Source: an uncultured delta proteobacterium
GTDB lineage: Bacteria > Desulfobacterota > Syntrophia > Syntrophales > UBA2185
DNA length: 64,000 nucleotides
Reading direction: 5' to 3'
NCBI GenBank assembly: GCA_963729715.1
Contig: CAVSPA010000006.1
Span: 352,001-416,000, forward strand
The notes under the pieces: generated by a model
Database searches by the model: none
Told to the model about the DNA's origin: nothing
What the model saw: the letters and a program-made list of their open reading frames with translations, nothing else
Made by a program: the position numbers and the translations under genes
Shown here: one piece after another, positions 20,116 to 29,650 of the stretch
How the letters are laid out: each line of letters starts with the position of its first letter
Position numbering within the stretch: position 1 is the stretch's first letter

Positions 20116-21417
20116 ATGAAAATTTGGGACGCCAAATATGAATGTATGCCACGCGAAGAGCTGGAGGAGCTTCAGCTCGAAAGACTGCAGGCAACTCTAA
20201 ACAGGGTCTACAAAAATGTGACATTCTATCATAAAATGTTTGACGACTTGGGGATCATTCCTGAGAGTATGCAGTCACTCTCAGGGTTGGTGAATATTCC
20301 GTTTACCAGCAAGGATAACTTGAGGATGAATTATCCCTACGGCATGTTTGCGGTTCCTCTTCGTGAAGTGGTGCGGGTGCATTCATCATCGGGGACTACT
20401 GAAAAACCTGTCGTCGTCGGCTATACAAGAAATGACATCAAGGCGTGGACGAACCTTGTAGCCCGCGTCATGACTGCCGCCGGAGTTACCCGCGATGACA
20501 TGGTGCAAATTACCTTCAGTTACGGTCTATATACGGGCGCCTTTGGGTTTCATTACGGGGCGGAAGCCATCGGGGCAAGTGTAATTCCCACGGGCACCGG
20601 CAACACGGAAAAGCAAATAATGATCATGCAGGACTATAGAACATCAGCTCTTATTTCCACACCGACCTATGCGATGACGCTTGCAGAGAGGATGGATTGT
20701 ATCGGCGTTGACCCAAAGAAGCTGGCATTGAGGGTCGGCCTATTCGGCGGAGAGCCTTTATCGGAAGACATGCGCAAAGAGATTGAATCGATACTGGGCA
20801 TCACTGCCACGGACAATTACGGATTATCAGAGATTATCGGTCCGGGCGTGGCAGGAGAATGCGAATACAGATGCGGCATGCACATCTTTGAAGACGCCTT
20901 CATTCCGGAGATTATTGACCCTCTCACGGGCGAACAGCTGCCAGCTGGAAGCGTCGGTGAACTTGTTCTGACAACCCTCAAGAAAGAGGCCTTTCCCATG
21001 ATCCGTTATCGCACGGGGGACATGACATCTCTTGAATACGGGGACTGCAGATGCGGGAGAACAATGGTGCGGATGAATAAGACGGCGGGGCGATCAGACG
21101 ACATGCTGATCATCAGGGGGGTTAACGTATATCCTTCGCAGATAGAGTCCGTATTGGCCGCGATTGTGGGAAAGGCGCCGCACTATCAGATTGTAGCGGA
21201 TCGGAAAGGCGCCCATGATTTTTTAGAGATTCATTTTGAGGCTGCGGAAGGGACCTTCTTTGACGAAATGAAAAGGCAAAAGGCCTTCCTAGAGATGGTG
21301 GAAAAGAGGATAAGGTCCGTCATAGGAATAAGCGCCACAGTGAAACTGGTACCGCCCAACACGATTGCCAGGCATGAAGGCAAAGCCGGGATCGTGATAG
21401 ATAGACGCAATACTTAG
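20116..21417 (+). CDS. paaK: Phenylacetate--CoA ligase family protein
   Basis: YPYGMFAVP, HSSSGTT, DNYGLSE, IRYRTGD, GRSDDMLIIRGVNVYPSQIE. Confidence 0.88.
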   Translation: MKIWDAKYECMPREELEELQLERLQATLNRVYKNVTFYHKMFDDLGIIPESMQSLSGLVNIPFTSKDNLRMNYPYGMFAVPLREVVRVHSSSGTTEKPVVVGYTRNDIKAWTNLVARVMTAAGVTRDDMVQITFSYGLYTGAFGFHYGAEAIGASVIPTGTGNTEKQIMIMQDYRTSALISTPTYAMTLAERMDCIGVDPKKLALRVGLFGGEPLSEDMRKEIESILGITATDNYGLSEIIGPGVAGECEYRCGMHIFEDAFIPEIIDPLTGEQLPAGSVGELVLTTLKKEAFPMIRYRTGDMTSLEYGDCRCGRTMVRMNKTAGRSDDMLIIRGVNVYPSQIESVLAAIVGKAPHYQIVADRKGAHDFLEIHFEAAEGTFFDEMKRQKAFLEMVEKRIRSVIGISATVKLVPPNTIARHEGKAGIVIDRRNT

Positions 21418-21539
21418 CGTCGAAGAGTTTGTTCCAAAGTGTTGGTACTCGGCGCCGCCCGCATGGGAAGGATAAGTCACTGACTGGCCATCGGCGTTTC
21501 AGATTGCGGCCCGTTGCTTTCTTATCCATCGCTGTTCTG

Positions 21540-22406
21540 TCAAATCTGGATGTAATCTTGGGTCCTGCCGGGCTTGAGCAGGCCGATCGTGAAGTGATAC
21601 AGGGCAAATAATTCCATAGAGAATGGCAGGTATCCGAGATAGCCGAGCACGGGCATTTCAAAAATCCGGGGGAAATCGAAGAAGGGGATATAATATATCC
21701 ACTTGGGATATGAGTAAAAATTCCACATCTCCCAGAAGAACCCGCAGATGATGCACCCGACCCACAAGGATAGAAGGGGTTGCCAGTTGCCCGCAGAAAT
21801 GTACTGGAGAAGTGTGCGGTTCGTGAGCCATGCATTCAGCGGTTCGAGCATTAAATAGACCGAAAGCCAGACAAAACAAAAAAAATAAACGGGCCAGATC
21901 AACATCAACAGCAGCATAAGAAGCCCTGCTGCAAAGAGGGCAATCAATCTCACTGGAGTTACTTCAAATCGGAGCCTTAATTTAAACCCGTTGATCCACG
22001 AGAATGTGCCGGCAAGCTCGGCCGTGCCTAATACTGCGGGCATGACCGTCGAGAAGCTCAGCGAAGAAAACATAAAGAACTCAGCATCGGTGAAGTATTG
22101 CTCGCCCAGATAGTACCAGTTCTGTGTCCGCAGATTGATAATCTCAAAAAGCCACCATGCAGGCACGGAAATAAGAAAGAGCGCTGCATAGGCACCGGGA
22201 CTGCGCGTCAAGAGCGAATGGCCTTTCCGGGTGAAAACCATGGCGTCGACGGTGAGGCAGTATCCCAGCCACATGGGGAAAAAGCCCCACTGAGTGCGCA
22301 ATCCGGAAAGGGACCAGTTCAGAATCCAGAATGTGACAGCGAGTCCGGAACCGAGCCACCCGTAAAGGGGCCAGTGCCAGACACGTGATGTCAATTTCAT
22401 ATCCAT
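21540..22406 (-). CDS. Uncharacterised multi-pass membrane protein
   Basis: About 8 hydrophobic segments; repeated E..N...W.Y motif; start codon uncertain. Confidence 0.7.
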   Translation of the reverse strand: MDMKLTSRVWHWPLYGWLGSGLAVTFWILNWSLSGLRTQWGFFPMWLGYCLTVDAMVFTRKGHSLLTRSPGAYAALFLISVPAWWLFEIINLRTQNWYYLGEQYFTDAEFFMFSSLSFSTVMPAVLGTAELAGTFSWINGFKLRLRFEVTPVRLIALFAAGLLMLLLMLIWPVYFFCFVWLSVYLMLEPLNAWLTNRTLLQYISAGNWQPLLSLWVGCIICGFFWEMWNFYSYPKWIYYIPFFDFPRIFEMPVLGYLGYLPFSMELFALYHFTIGLLKPGRTQDYIQI

Positions 22407-22496
22407 CGCAAGACCAGTTTGCAACTTTAAATGAAAAAGGAGAACAAACGAAAGAGAAATTATGGTGAAAAGTTCACGCCACTATCAATCTTTAAG

Positions 22497-22525
22497 AATT
22501 TATCCAATTTGATTTTGACTGTCAA
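22497..22525 (-). promoter_or_regulatory. Putative sigma70 promoter
   Basis: Minus strand TTGACA-N17-TAAATT upstream of the membrane-protein gene. Confidence 0.55.
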
Positions 22526-22621
22526 GATGTCGCTGTTCTTTTTTGTATTTGTTGAAAAAAAAGAAAAAGTGTAATAGATATTATTCAATATTTGTCAATG
22601 TCCGAGAAAAAGGAGGAAGTC

Positions 22622-22780
22622 ATGATGAAGGAAAGGCGGTCTGGTTGCGAAGGTGAGACTGATAAGAGAATTCTTGCGAGGATGTTGCTTGATGGGGAGA
22701 TTACGGAGAAGGATTTGCAAGCCTACCTCAAGGAACTTCCTGATGTGTCCTCCTGTGCCGATGAGATAGAGATAGAGTAA
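22622..22780 (+). CDS. Small hypothetical protein (52 aa)
   Basis: AGGAGG RBS; DKRIL.R.L..G.I.EKD...YLKELPD; first gene of the tatD run. Confidence 0.65.
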   Translation: MMKERRSGCEGETDKRILARMLLDGEITEKDLQAYLKELPDVSSCADEIEIE

Positions 22781-22811
22781 TCCGGCTGGTGAACATTCTA
22801 CAGGAAGGCTT

Positions 22812-23576
22812 ATGATCGCTGATTCGCATGCACATCTGGAGATGAGGGACTTCGACCGCGACAGGGCTGAAGTTATAAAAAGAGCTGAAGACGCGGGAGT
22901 TGACCTGATTGTAACGGTCGGCACGACCTTGGATGACTGCAGAAAGGCGGTTTCGATTGCCGGGAAGTTTAAGAATGTGTATGCGGCGATTGGTATACAT
23001 CCGCACGATGTTAAGGAAATTGATGATGGGACCTACGATTCTCTCAGGACGCTGGCAAAAATGGATAAGGTTGTGGCCTTCGGGGAAATCGGTCTTGATT
23101 TTTTCCGCAATCTGTCTCCGAGAGAGGCGCAGATCAGGAGGTTTGGAGAACAGCTGGAGGTAGCCGGCGAGATTGGACTACCCGTAATCATACATGATCG
23201 TGACGCCCATAAGGAAACCATAGACATGCTCGAAAGGTGGAAGCGTGAGCAAAGAGGAATCATCCACTGCTTTTCCGGCGACCAAGGGATGGCGGCGAAA
23301 TTTCTCGACATGGGTTTTCTCATTTCTATACCGGGTGCGATTACGTTCGGGAAGTCAGAAAAGCTCCGGGAGGTGGTGAAATATATCCCGGTAGCGAGTC
23401 TTCTGTTAGAGACAGATGCACCCTACATCACCCCCCATCCCCATAGGGGGAAAAGGAACGAACCTGCCTATGTTGTCCATACGGCAAGAAAGGTGGCGGA
23501 GATAAAGGGCCTGTCCCTTGAAGAATTGGCCAAGGTGACATATCAAAATACAAAGGATGTCTTTGGCATTGCATAG
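22812..23576 (+). CDS. tatD: TatD family metal-dependent hydrolase/DNase
   Basis: DSHAHL, GIHPH, GEIGLDF, IIHDR, HCFSG, ETDAP, RGKRNEP. Confidence 0.95.
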   Translation: MIADSHAHLEMRDFDRDRAEVIKRAEDAGVDLIVTVGTTLDDCRKAVSIAGKFKNVYAAIGIHPHDVKEIDDGTYDSLRTLAKMDKVVAFGEIGLDFFRNLSPREAQIRRFGEQLEVAGEIGLPVIIHDRDAHKETIDMLERWKREQRGIIHCFSGDQGMAAKFLDMGFLISIPGAITFGKSEKLREVVKYIPVASLLLETDAPYITPHPHRGKRNEPAYVVHTARKVAEIKGLSLEELAKVTYQNTKDVFGIA

Positions 23577-23639
23577 AGAGCACAAGAATTGGTGGCCAGA
23601 CATTAGATAATCCTTTTGACAAATTCTCATATTAATCCC

Positions 23640-24302
23640 ATGAATAAAGTCATATTAGTCGTTGCCGGCGGCGAGATCAGGGACCTGGCATTCTTACGGT
23701 CAAAGATCTCCGAGTTGAAGCCTTCCGAGATAATCTGTGCAGACAGGGGTGCCGCCTATCTGCGCGCAATCGGCATGGTCCCACATGTCATAATAGGCGA
23801 TATGGACTCTATTACGCCCGGCATACTGGAGTACTTCAAGGAGCGGGGGAGCCGAATTATCAGATATCCGGAGGGAAAGAACGAAACAGATACGCAATTG
23901 GCTTTGGAATATGCTTTTGGTATTGCGCCCGATGAAATCTATGTGTTCGGCGCCTTCGGAACCAGGATTGATCACACCCTTGCCAATGTATCACTCCTCG
24001 CTCTCGGCTTGAAAAAGGGCGTGCAAATTAAATTGATCGACGAATGGTGTGAGATTTTTATTGTGAGCCACGAGTATGCCGTTGAGGGTCAACCGGGGCA
24101 GACGGTATCCCTTCTCCCTCTTTCGGATATGGTCACAGGAATAACAATTGACGGATTTGATTATCCGCTTAAGGATGGAACAATGGAGATCGGGACACCT
24201 TACGGGGTCAGCAATCGCTTAGCTGCCGCCAGCGGTATCATTTCCGTTAAAACCGGTCATCTCCTTGTAATCAGATATTTCAAGGCGGGGGCTCTACCCT
24301 GA
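23640..24302 (+). CDS. thiN: Thiamine diphosphokinase
   Basis: [33 protein letters not shown]. Confidence 0.92.
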   Translation: MNKVILVVAGGEIRDLAFLRSKISELKPSEIICADRGAAYLRAIGMVPHVIIGDMDSITPGILEYFKERGSRIIRYPEGKNETDTQLALEYAFGIAPDEIYVFGAFGTRIDHTLANVSLLALGLKKGVQIKLIDEWCEIFIVSHEYAVEGQPGQTVSLLPLSDMVTGITIDGFDYPLKDGTMEIGTPYGVSNRLAAASGIISVKTGHLLVIRYFKAGALP

Positions 24303-24310
24303 GGGGACAA

Positions 24311-25108
24311 ATGAAGTTAGTCCGGGTCTTAACAATCGCCGGTTCGGATTCCTGCGGCGGTGCAGGGATACAGGCGGATCTGAAGACAATCATGTCATTG
24401 GGCGGTTTGGGGATGAGCGTTATAACAGCCCTCACCGCGCAGAACACCTTTGGCATCCAGGATGTTTATGAGATCTCGCCTGAATTTGTGGAGAAGCAGT
24501 TTGCATCTGTCATGACCGATATGGGCGTTGACGCTGCCAAAACGGGGATGCTGACGAATACTGAACTATTAAAGACAGTGGCGAGTATGATCAGGAAATA
24601 CGACATTGAAAAGGTCGTCGTCGATCCGGTAATGGCGGCCAAGGGAGGGGAGACATTGATAAGAGGCGAGGCGAGGGATGCATTGATCAGGGAATTGATT
24701 CCACTGGCATTCGTCGTGACTCCGAATATACCTGAGGCAGAGGTCTTGGCTGAAATGCAAATAAACTCTGCGTCCGACATGAAAGAGGCGGCGAAGATTA
24801 TTTACGGCTTTGGTGCGAAGAATGTGGTCGTTAAAGGAGGACATCTGACAGGCGATGCTTTAGATATCCTCTATGACGGCAAGAAATTTCGCCGATATTC
24901 TTCCGAAAGAATCGATAAGATGGAAACGCACGGCACAGGGTGCACTTTTTCCGCTGCCATTGCTACCCTGTTGGCCAAGGGTGAGAGCGTATCTAAAGCA
25001 GTGGCAGGGGCAAAAACCTATATAACCCAGGCCATAAAGACTTCATACAGTACCGGCGCAGGATACAGATTGATAACGCATTTTTTTCCGGGTTCATCGG
25101 ATGAATAG
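24311..25108 (+). CDS. thiD: Hydroxymethylpyrimidine/phosphomethylpyrimidine kinase
   Basis: [47 protein letters not shown]. Confidence 0.95.
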   Translation: MKLVRVLTIAGSDSCGGAGIQADLKTIMSLGGLGMSVITALTAQNTFGIQDVYEISPEFVEKQFASVMTDMGVDAAKTGMLTNTELLKTVASMIRKYDIEKVVVDPVMAAKGGETLIRGEARDALIRELIPLAFVVTPNIPEAEVLAEMQINSASDMKEAAKIIYGFGAKNVVVKGGHLTGDALDILYDGKKFRRYSSERIDKMETHGTGCTFSAAIATLLAKGESVSKAVAGAKTYITQAIKTSYSTGAGYRLITHFFPGSSDE

Positions 25109-25160
25109 AAAGACTCTCCGTCTTCCGGCGTATCAAGACAATTAAAAGGGAAGATGATCT

Positions 25161-26519
25161 TTGTTAGCTGATAGTTCCGGAAAATTCAAAGCGTCCCGCG
25201 ATACGGCGGCAAGTATTGTTCGTCGCTTGCAAGATGCTGGCCATGAAGCCTACTTCGTGGGTGGAAGCGTGCGTGATCTCCTGCGCGGCGTGGAGCCAGG
25301 AGATTATGACATTGTTACCTCGGCGCGGCCCGAGGAGGTCTGTTCGCTTTTTCCTCATACGGTGCCGGTGGGTATAAGTTTTGGCGTCGTGGTTGTGGTT
25401 GAGGAAGGCCACGGTTATGAAGTTGCCACATTTCGAGCCGAGAGCGACTATGAAGATGGACGCAGGCCTTCTCATATCGAATTCACGAGCGCACATGGGG
25501 ATGTGTGCCGCCGCGACTTCACTATCAACGCCCTGCTCATGGATCCGATGACGGGCGACGTCATCGATTATGTAGGCGGAAAGAAGGATATCGAGGACCG
25601 TGTAATCCGGACAATCGGGAATCCCGACGAGCGCTTTGCCGAAGATCATTTAAGGATGCTTCGTGCTCTTCGCTTTTCCGCCAACCTCGGGTACGCAATT
25701 GATCCCGATACTTCCCGTGCCATAAAACGACATGCTTTCGAGATAAGACGCATCAGCGCCGAGCGCATCCGAGATGAATTGACGAAGCTCTTGACGCGCG
25801 GTGGTGCGCGCCGCGGAATGGAAATGATGGCGGAAACCGATCTTCTTGCCGAAATCTTGCCCGAGGTCGATTGCCTGCGCGGTATTGAACAGCCGTCGGC
25901 ATTCCACCCGGAAGGCGATGTATGGGAACACACGCTCCGCATGCTTGACCGGCTGCCTACGGGAGACATTTCGAACGACTTGCGCCTTGTCTGGGGCGCA
26001 CTATTACACGACGTTGGCAAGGCCTGCACGGGCTCCGTTGATGATTCAGGCATTCACTTCTACGGTCATGTGCGCGAAGGCGAGAGGATTGCGGAGGCAT
26101 TGATGCGGCGCCTCAGGATCTCCCGTGCAGACATGGAGACCATTCTTAGCCTCATTCACTATCATATGCTCTTCATGAATGTCACGGATATGCGACCGAA
26201 CAGGTTAAAACGCTTCCTCAGAATGCCGGACTTCCGAATGCACCTTGAGCTTCATCGTTTGGACTGCCTTGCGAGCCATGGGTTTCTCGATAGCTATGAG
26301 TTCTGCAGGAGCAAACTTGCGGAAATGGGGGAGGATGAGCTGCGTCCTTCGAGGTTACTAACCGGAGATGATCTTGTTGCCATGGGATTTCCTCCCAGCC
26401 CTCTTTTTGGCGAGATACTTGATGCTGTTGAGGACGCGCAACTCGACGGGACGATAGTGACGTCCGACGATGCTCGCAGGCTGGTCATGGATCGCTGGGC
26501 GGATAAGTTGCCTGCATAA
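25161..26519 (+). CDS. cca: tRNA nucleotidyltransferase (CCA-adding class II) with HD domain
   Basis: VGGSVRD, DYD, RRDFTIN, EDHLRMLRA.RF, SAERI, HPEGDV, LLHDVGK. Start uncertain; CC- versus CCA- versus A-adding specificity not determinable here. Confidence 0.85.
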   Translation: MLADSSGKFKASRDTAASIVRRLQDAGHEAYFVGGSVRDLLRGVEPGDYDIVTSARPEEVCSLFPHTVPVGISFGVVVVVEEGHGYEVATFRAESDYEDGRRPSHIEFTSAHGDVCRRDFTINALLMDPMTGDVIDYVGGKKDIEDRVIRTIGNPDERFAEDHLRMLRALRFSANLGYAIDPDTSRAIKRHAFEIRRISAERIRDELTKLLTRGGARRGMEMMAETDLLAEILPEVDCLRGIEQPSAFHPEGDVWEHTLRMLDRLPTGDISNDLRLVWGALLHDVGKACTGSVDDSGIHFYGHVREGERIAEALMRRLRISRADMETILSLIHYHMLFMNVTDMRPNRLKRFLRMPDFRMHLELHRLDCLASHGFLDSYEFCRSKLAEMGEDELRPSRLLTGDDLVAMGFPPSPLFGEILDAVEDAQLDGTIVTSDDARRLVMDRWADKLPA

Positions 26520-26556
26520 CTTAAGACGTTTGAAAGATCGACTGACAAGTATTCCT

Positions 26557-27348
26557 ATGCATGTGGAACAAACAGAATATGCTCTAAGACTGCGATGCCG
26601 CCTGAAAGTTACTGGCGCCATTTTTTTAATGATCATGCTTTTTGCAGGCTGTGTGGGACGGCACGCCTACAGTAGTCGTCCGAAGGCTATAGAAAAGCCT
26701 CTCGCCCGTCTCGGTTATACCATTCAGGTTGGGGCCTTTTCCGATGTCGAAAATGCCGCCCGGTTGACTGAGCAACTCCAGGCCAAGGGGTTGGATGCAA
26801 CATATTTCGTGGCACGCGCAGGACTGTATAAAGTGCGGTTTGGCAATTACCCATCAAAGGCAATCGCCCGCCAAAAAGCAGAGAGCCTTAAATCTTCGGG
26901 GGCGATTGATGAATTTTATATTGTCAGCCCGGATGAATATGCCGTTGCCAAACAACAGCAGTATGGCGACGTGTATATCAGAGAGGAACTGATAAAGACA
27001 GCCGAGAGCTTCGTAGGTGTTCCATATCTCTGGGGCGGCACCTCGCCAAACACCGGATTTGACTGCAGCGGATTGTCAATGACTGTCTATCAGCTAAACG
27101 GGCTCAATCTCCCCCGGTCATCCAAGGAGCAGTACGAAGCGGGTAGCCCTGTCGGGCGGAATGACCTTATGAAAGGAGACCTTGTCTTTTTTGCCACATC
27201 CGGCAAAAACAAGGTAGCGCACGTGGGCATATATGTAGGAGATGGTCGATTTATCCATGCAGCGGGCAGAGGCAAGAATATCCGTATGGACCACTTGTCG
27301 AGCAGCTATTACAAAAAAAGGTATGTCGGTGGCAGGACATATATATGA
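26557..27348 (+). CDS. SPOR + NlpC/P60 peptidoglycan endopeptidase lipoprotein
   Basis: Lipobox LFAGC; SPOR YTIQVGAF; GVPYLWGG, FDCSG, LPRSS, HVGIY, FIHA. Confidence 0.88.
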   Translation: MHVEQTEYALRLRCRLKVTGAIFLMIMLFAGCVGRHAYSSRPKAIEKPLARLGYTIQVGAFSDVENAARLTEQLQAKGLDATYFVARAGLYKVRFGNYPSKAIARQKAESLKSSGAIDEFYIVSPDEYAVAKQQQYGDVYIREELIKTAESFVGVPYLWGGTSPNTGFDCSGLSMTVYQLNGLNLPRSSKEQYEAGSPVGRNDLMKGDLVFFATSGKNKVAHVGIYVGDGRFIHAAGRGKNIRMDHLSSSYYKKRYVGGRTYI

Positions 27349-27528
27349 GTCTGCTGGGGCACCGCGATGGGGATTTGCGTCATCTCAAAATCTCGTTCCG
27401 TACTTGCAATTTGGTAAGAAGCAGGGGAAGATATCATATAGAATGCCGCTGCCGCTGATCAGTCAAGGCAGGGGAAAAGTATCGCTTTAACGAAAAAGTG
27501 ATGTGAAAATAAAAGGGGAAGTAGTGAC

Positions 27529-28596
27529 GTGAATATCAATAATCTGATGGTCACAGGCGGCTGCGGGTTTATCGGCAGTAACTTCATCCATTATGTGCTG
27601 AAAGAAACAAAATTTACGGGCAGAATAATTAATGTCGACAAGCTGACCTACGCAGGTAATCCTGAGAACCTGAAAGGCATAGGGGAACGATTTGGCGACA
27701 GGTACGTCTTTCAGAAGATGGACATCTGTAATGCCGATGGGATAGAGAAAATCTTTGGTGATTATGATATTGATGCCGTCTGTCATTTCGCCGCGGAGTC
27801 TCATGTAGACCGGTCGATCAAGAGGCCGGAGAGCTTTATCTACACAAATATTGTCGGAACTTTCAACCTCCTTGAGCTTGCGAGGGCCATGGCGGATAAA
27901 TTTACGCTCTTTCATCATGTAAGTACCGACGAGGTCTTTGGCAGCCTCGGTCGGCAGGGATATTTTACGGAGGAGACTTCCTACCGGCCTAACAGCCCCT
28001 ACTCGGCATCCAAAGCGGCCTCGGACCATCTGGTCCGCGCCTATCATGAAACCTACGGCCTCCCCGTTCTCATTACCAATTGTTCCAACAATTATGGTCC
28101 TTACCAGTTTCCGGAAAAGTTGATCCCTCTCATGATTATCAATGCTGTTGAGGGCAAGCCTCTGCCGGTATACGGAGATGGGCGGAACGTCAGGGACTGG
28201 CTGTATGTCAAAGATCATTGTGAGGCCATCTGGACGATCATGCAATTCGGGGAAAGGGGAGGGACGTTTAATATAGGCGGCAATTCAGAGATGGAAAACA
28301 TCGTCATCGTGGAAATGATCTGTGATATCCTTGATGAGATGCTTCCTTCCCCCGATGGGATGTCGAGGAGAAGACTGATCACCTTTGTGAAAGACAGACC
28401 GGGACACGACCGCAGGTATGCCATTGACTTTAGCAAACTGCAAAAGGAACTTAGCTGGGCTCCGCGGGAATCTTTCGCCTCGGGCATCAGGAAGACGATA
28501 ACCTGGTACCTCGAGAAGAAAGCATGGATTGAGAATATCAGGAGCGGCGAATACCAGACGTGGATTGACGAGCATTACGGAGAAGATTCCAAATAA
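27529..28596 (+). CDS. rfbB: dTDP-glucose 4,6-dehydratase
   Basis: TGGCGFIGSN, DKLTYAGN, AAESHVDRS, HVSTDEV, YSASK, DRPGHDRRYA. Confidence 0.96.
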   Translation: MNINNLMVTGGCGFIGSNFIHYVLKETKFTGRIINVDKLTYAGNPENLKGIGERFGDRYVFQKMDICNADGIEKIFGDYDIDAVCHFAAESHVDRSIKRPESFIYTNIVGTFNLLELARAMADKFTLFHHVSTDEVFGSLGRQGYFTEETSYRPNSPYSASKAASDHLVRAYHETYGLPVLITNCSNNYGPYQFPEKLIPLMIINAVEGKPLPVYGDGRNVRDWLYVKDHCEAIWTIMQFGERGGTFNIGGNSEMENIVIVEMICDILDEMLPSPDGMSRRRLITFVKDRPGHDRRYAIDFSKLQKELSWAPRESFASGIRKTITWYLEKKAWIENIRSGEYQTWIDEHYGEDSK

Positions 28597-28609
28597 GAAG
28601 GGGACTTGT

Positions 28610-29605
28610 ATGGACACACAGGCATGGAGTCCGGATAAACTGCTGAAGGTATCAGGGTCCTACTGGCAGTCTTTCACCCTTCACGCTGCAGTTAAACTTG
28701 GGCTATTTACTGTGTTAGGCAGCGAAGAACTTACAGCTGGGGATATTGCTCAGAGGTTAAATGCGAGGGAAAGAGGCGTTGTGATGCTGCTCAACGCCCT
28801 CGCGGCAATGAATCTTCTTGTTAAGAGAGGCGACAGATACTCCAACACACCATCCAGTACATTTTTTCTCTCCAAGAATTCCCCGGAATATATGGGCCAT
28901 ATAATCATGCATCATCACCATCTTGCTCTGTCATGGTCGAAGCTGGATGAGGCGGTAAGGACGGGTGGCCCCATGAGGGCAAGATCATCCGGGAGTGATG
29001 AAGAAGCTCGGGAAAGTTTTCTCATGGGCATGTTCAACATCGCCATGAATCTCGCTCCGCGGCTGGTCAATACAGTAGATATCTCTGGACGGCGCCGCCT
29101 GCTTGATCTTGGCGGCGGGCCCGGCACGTATGCAATCCACTTTTGCCTCAACAATCCCGGGCTCAAGGCGACCGTCTATGACCTTCCGGGAACCGCACCA
29201 TATGCCGTAAAAACAATAGAGAGGTTCGGTCTTACAGACCGCATTGATTTCGTGTCGGGCGACTACTTGAAAGAAGATATTCCTGGAAGCTATGATGTCG
29301 TCTGGCTTTCCCAAATTCTCCATTCGGAAGGCCCCGATGAGTGTCAGAAGATAATCGAGAGGGCGGCCTCCGTTCTCGAGCCTGGAGGCCTGTTGTTGAT
29401 CCATGAATTTATCCTGGGAAACTCCAAGGACACCCCCCTCCAACCCGCACTTTTTTCCCTTAATATGCTTCTCGGAACGGCAAACGGCAGATCCTACTCT
29501 GAAGGGGAAATAATGGAGATGCTTGCCCGGGCCGGGGCGAGGGAGATTAAGCGCATTCCCGCCCAATTTCCAAGTGAATCGGGGGTTATAGGCGGCGTGG
29601 TTTAA
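28610..29605 (+). CDS. SAM-dependent O-methyltransferase (type 2, with dimerisation domain)
   Basis: Winged-helix N-terminus; LDLGGGPG; SQILH; LEPGG.LLIHE. Confidence 0.85.
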   Translation: MDTQAWSPDKLLKVSGSYWQSFTLHAAVKLGLFTVLGSEELTAGDIAQRLNARERGVVMLLNALAAMNLLVKRGDRYSNTPSSTFFLSKNSPEYMGHIIMHHHHLALSWSKLDEAVRTGGPMRARSSGSDEEARESFLMGMFNIAMNLAPRLVNTVDISGRRRLLDLGGGPGTYAIHFCLNNPGLKATVYDLPGTAPYAVKTIERFGLTDRIDFVSGDYLKEDIPGSYDVVWLSQILHSEGPDECQKIIERAASVLEPGGLLLIHEFILGNSKDTPLQPALFSLNMLLGTANGRSYSEGEIMEMLARAGAREIKRIPAQFPSESGVIGGVV

Positions 29606-29650
29606 CTGAGATAATTGCGAATGTTTGATCAACTCCTCGTGTCCGAAGGA

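Noticed and set aside
22425..24310. TPP riboswitch near thiN/thiD
   Set aside because: No TPP aptamer core was seen, and the genes sit mid-operon with short gaps.
28610..29605. O-methyltransferase as part of the signalling cassette
   Set aside because: It is on the opposite strand and follows rfbB by 13 nt. Adjacency alone is insufficient, though synteny could revive the idea.
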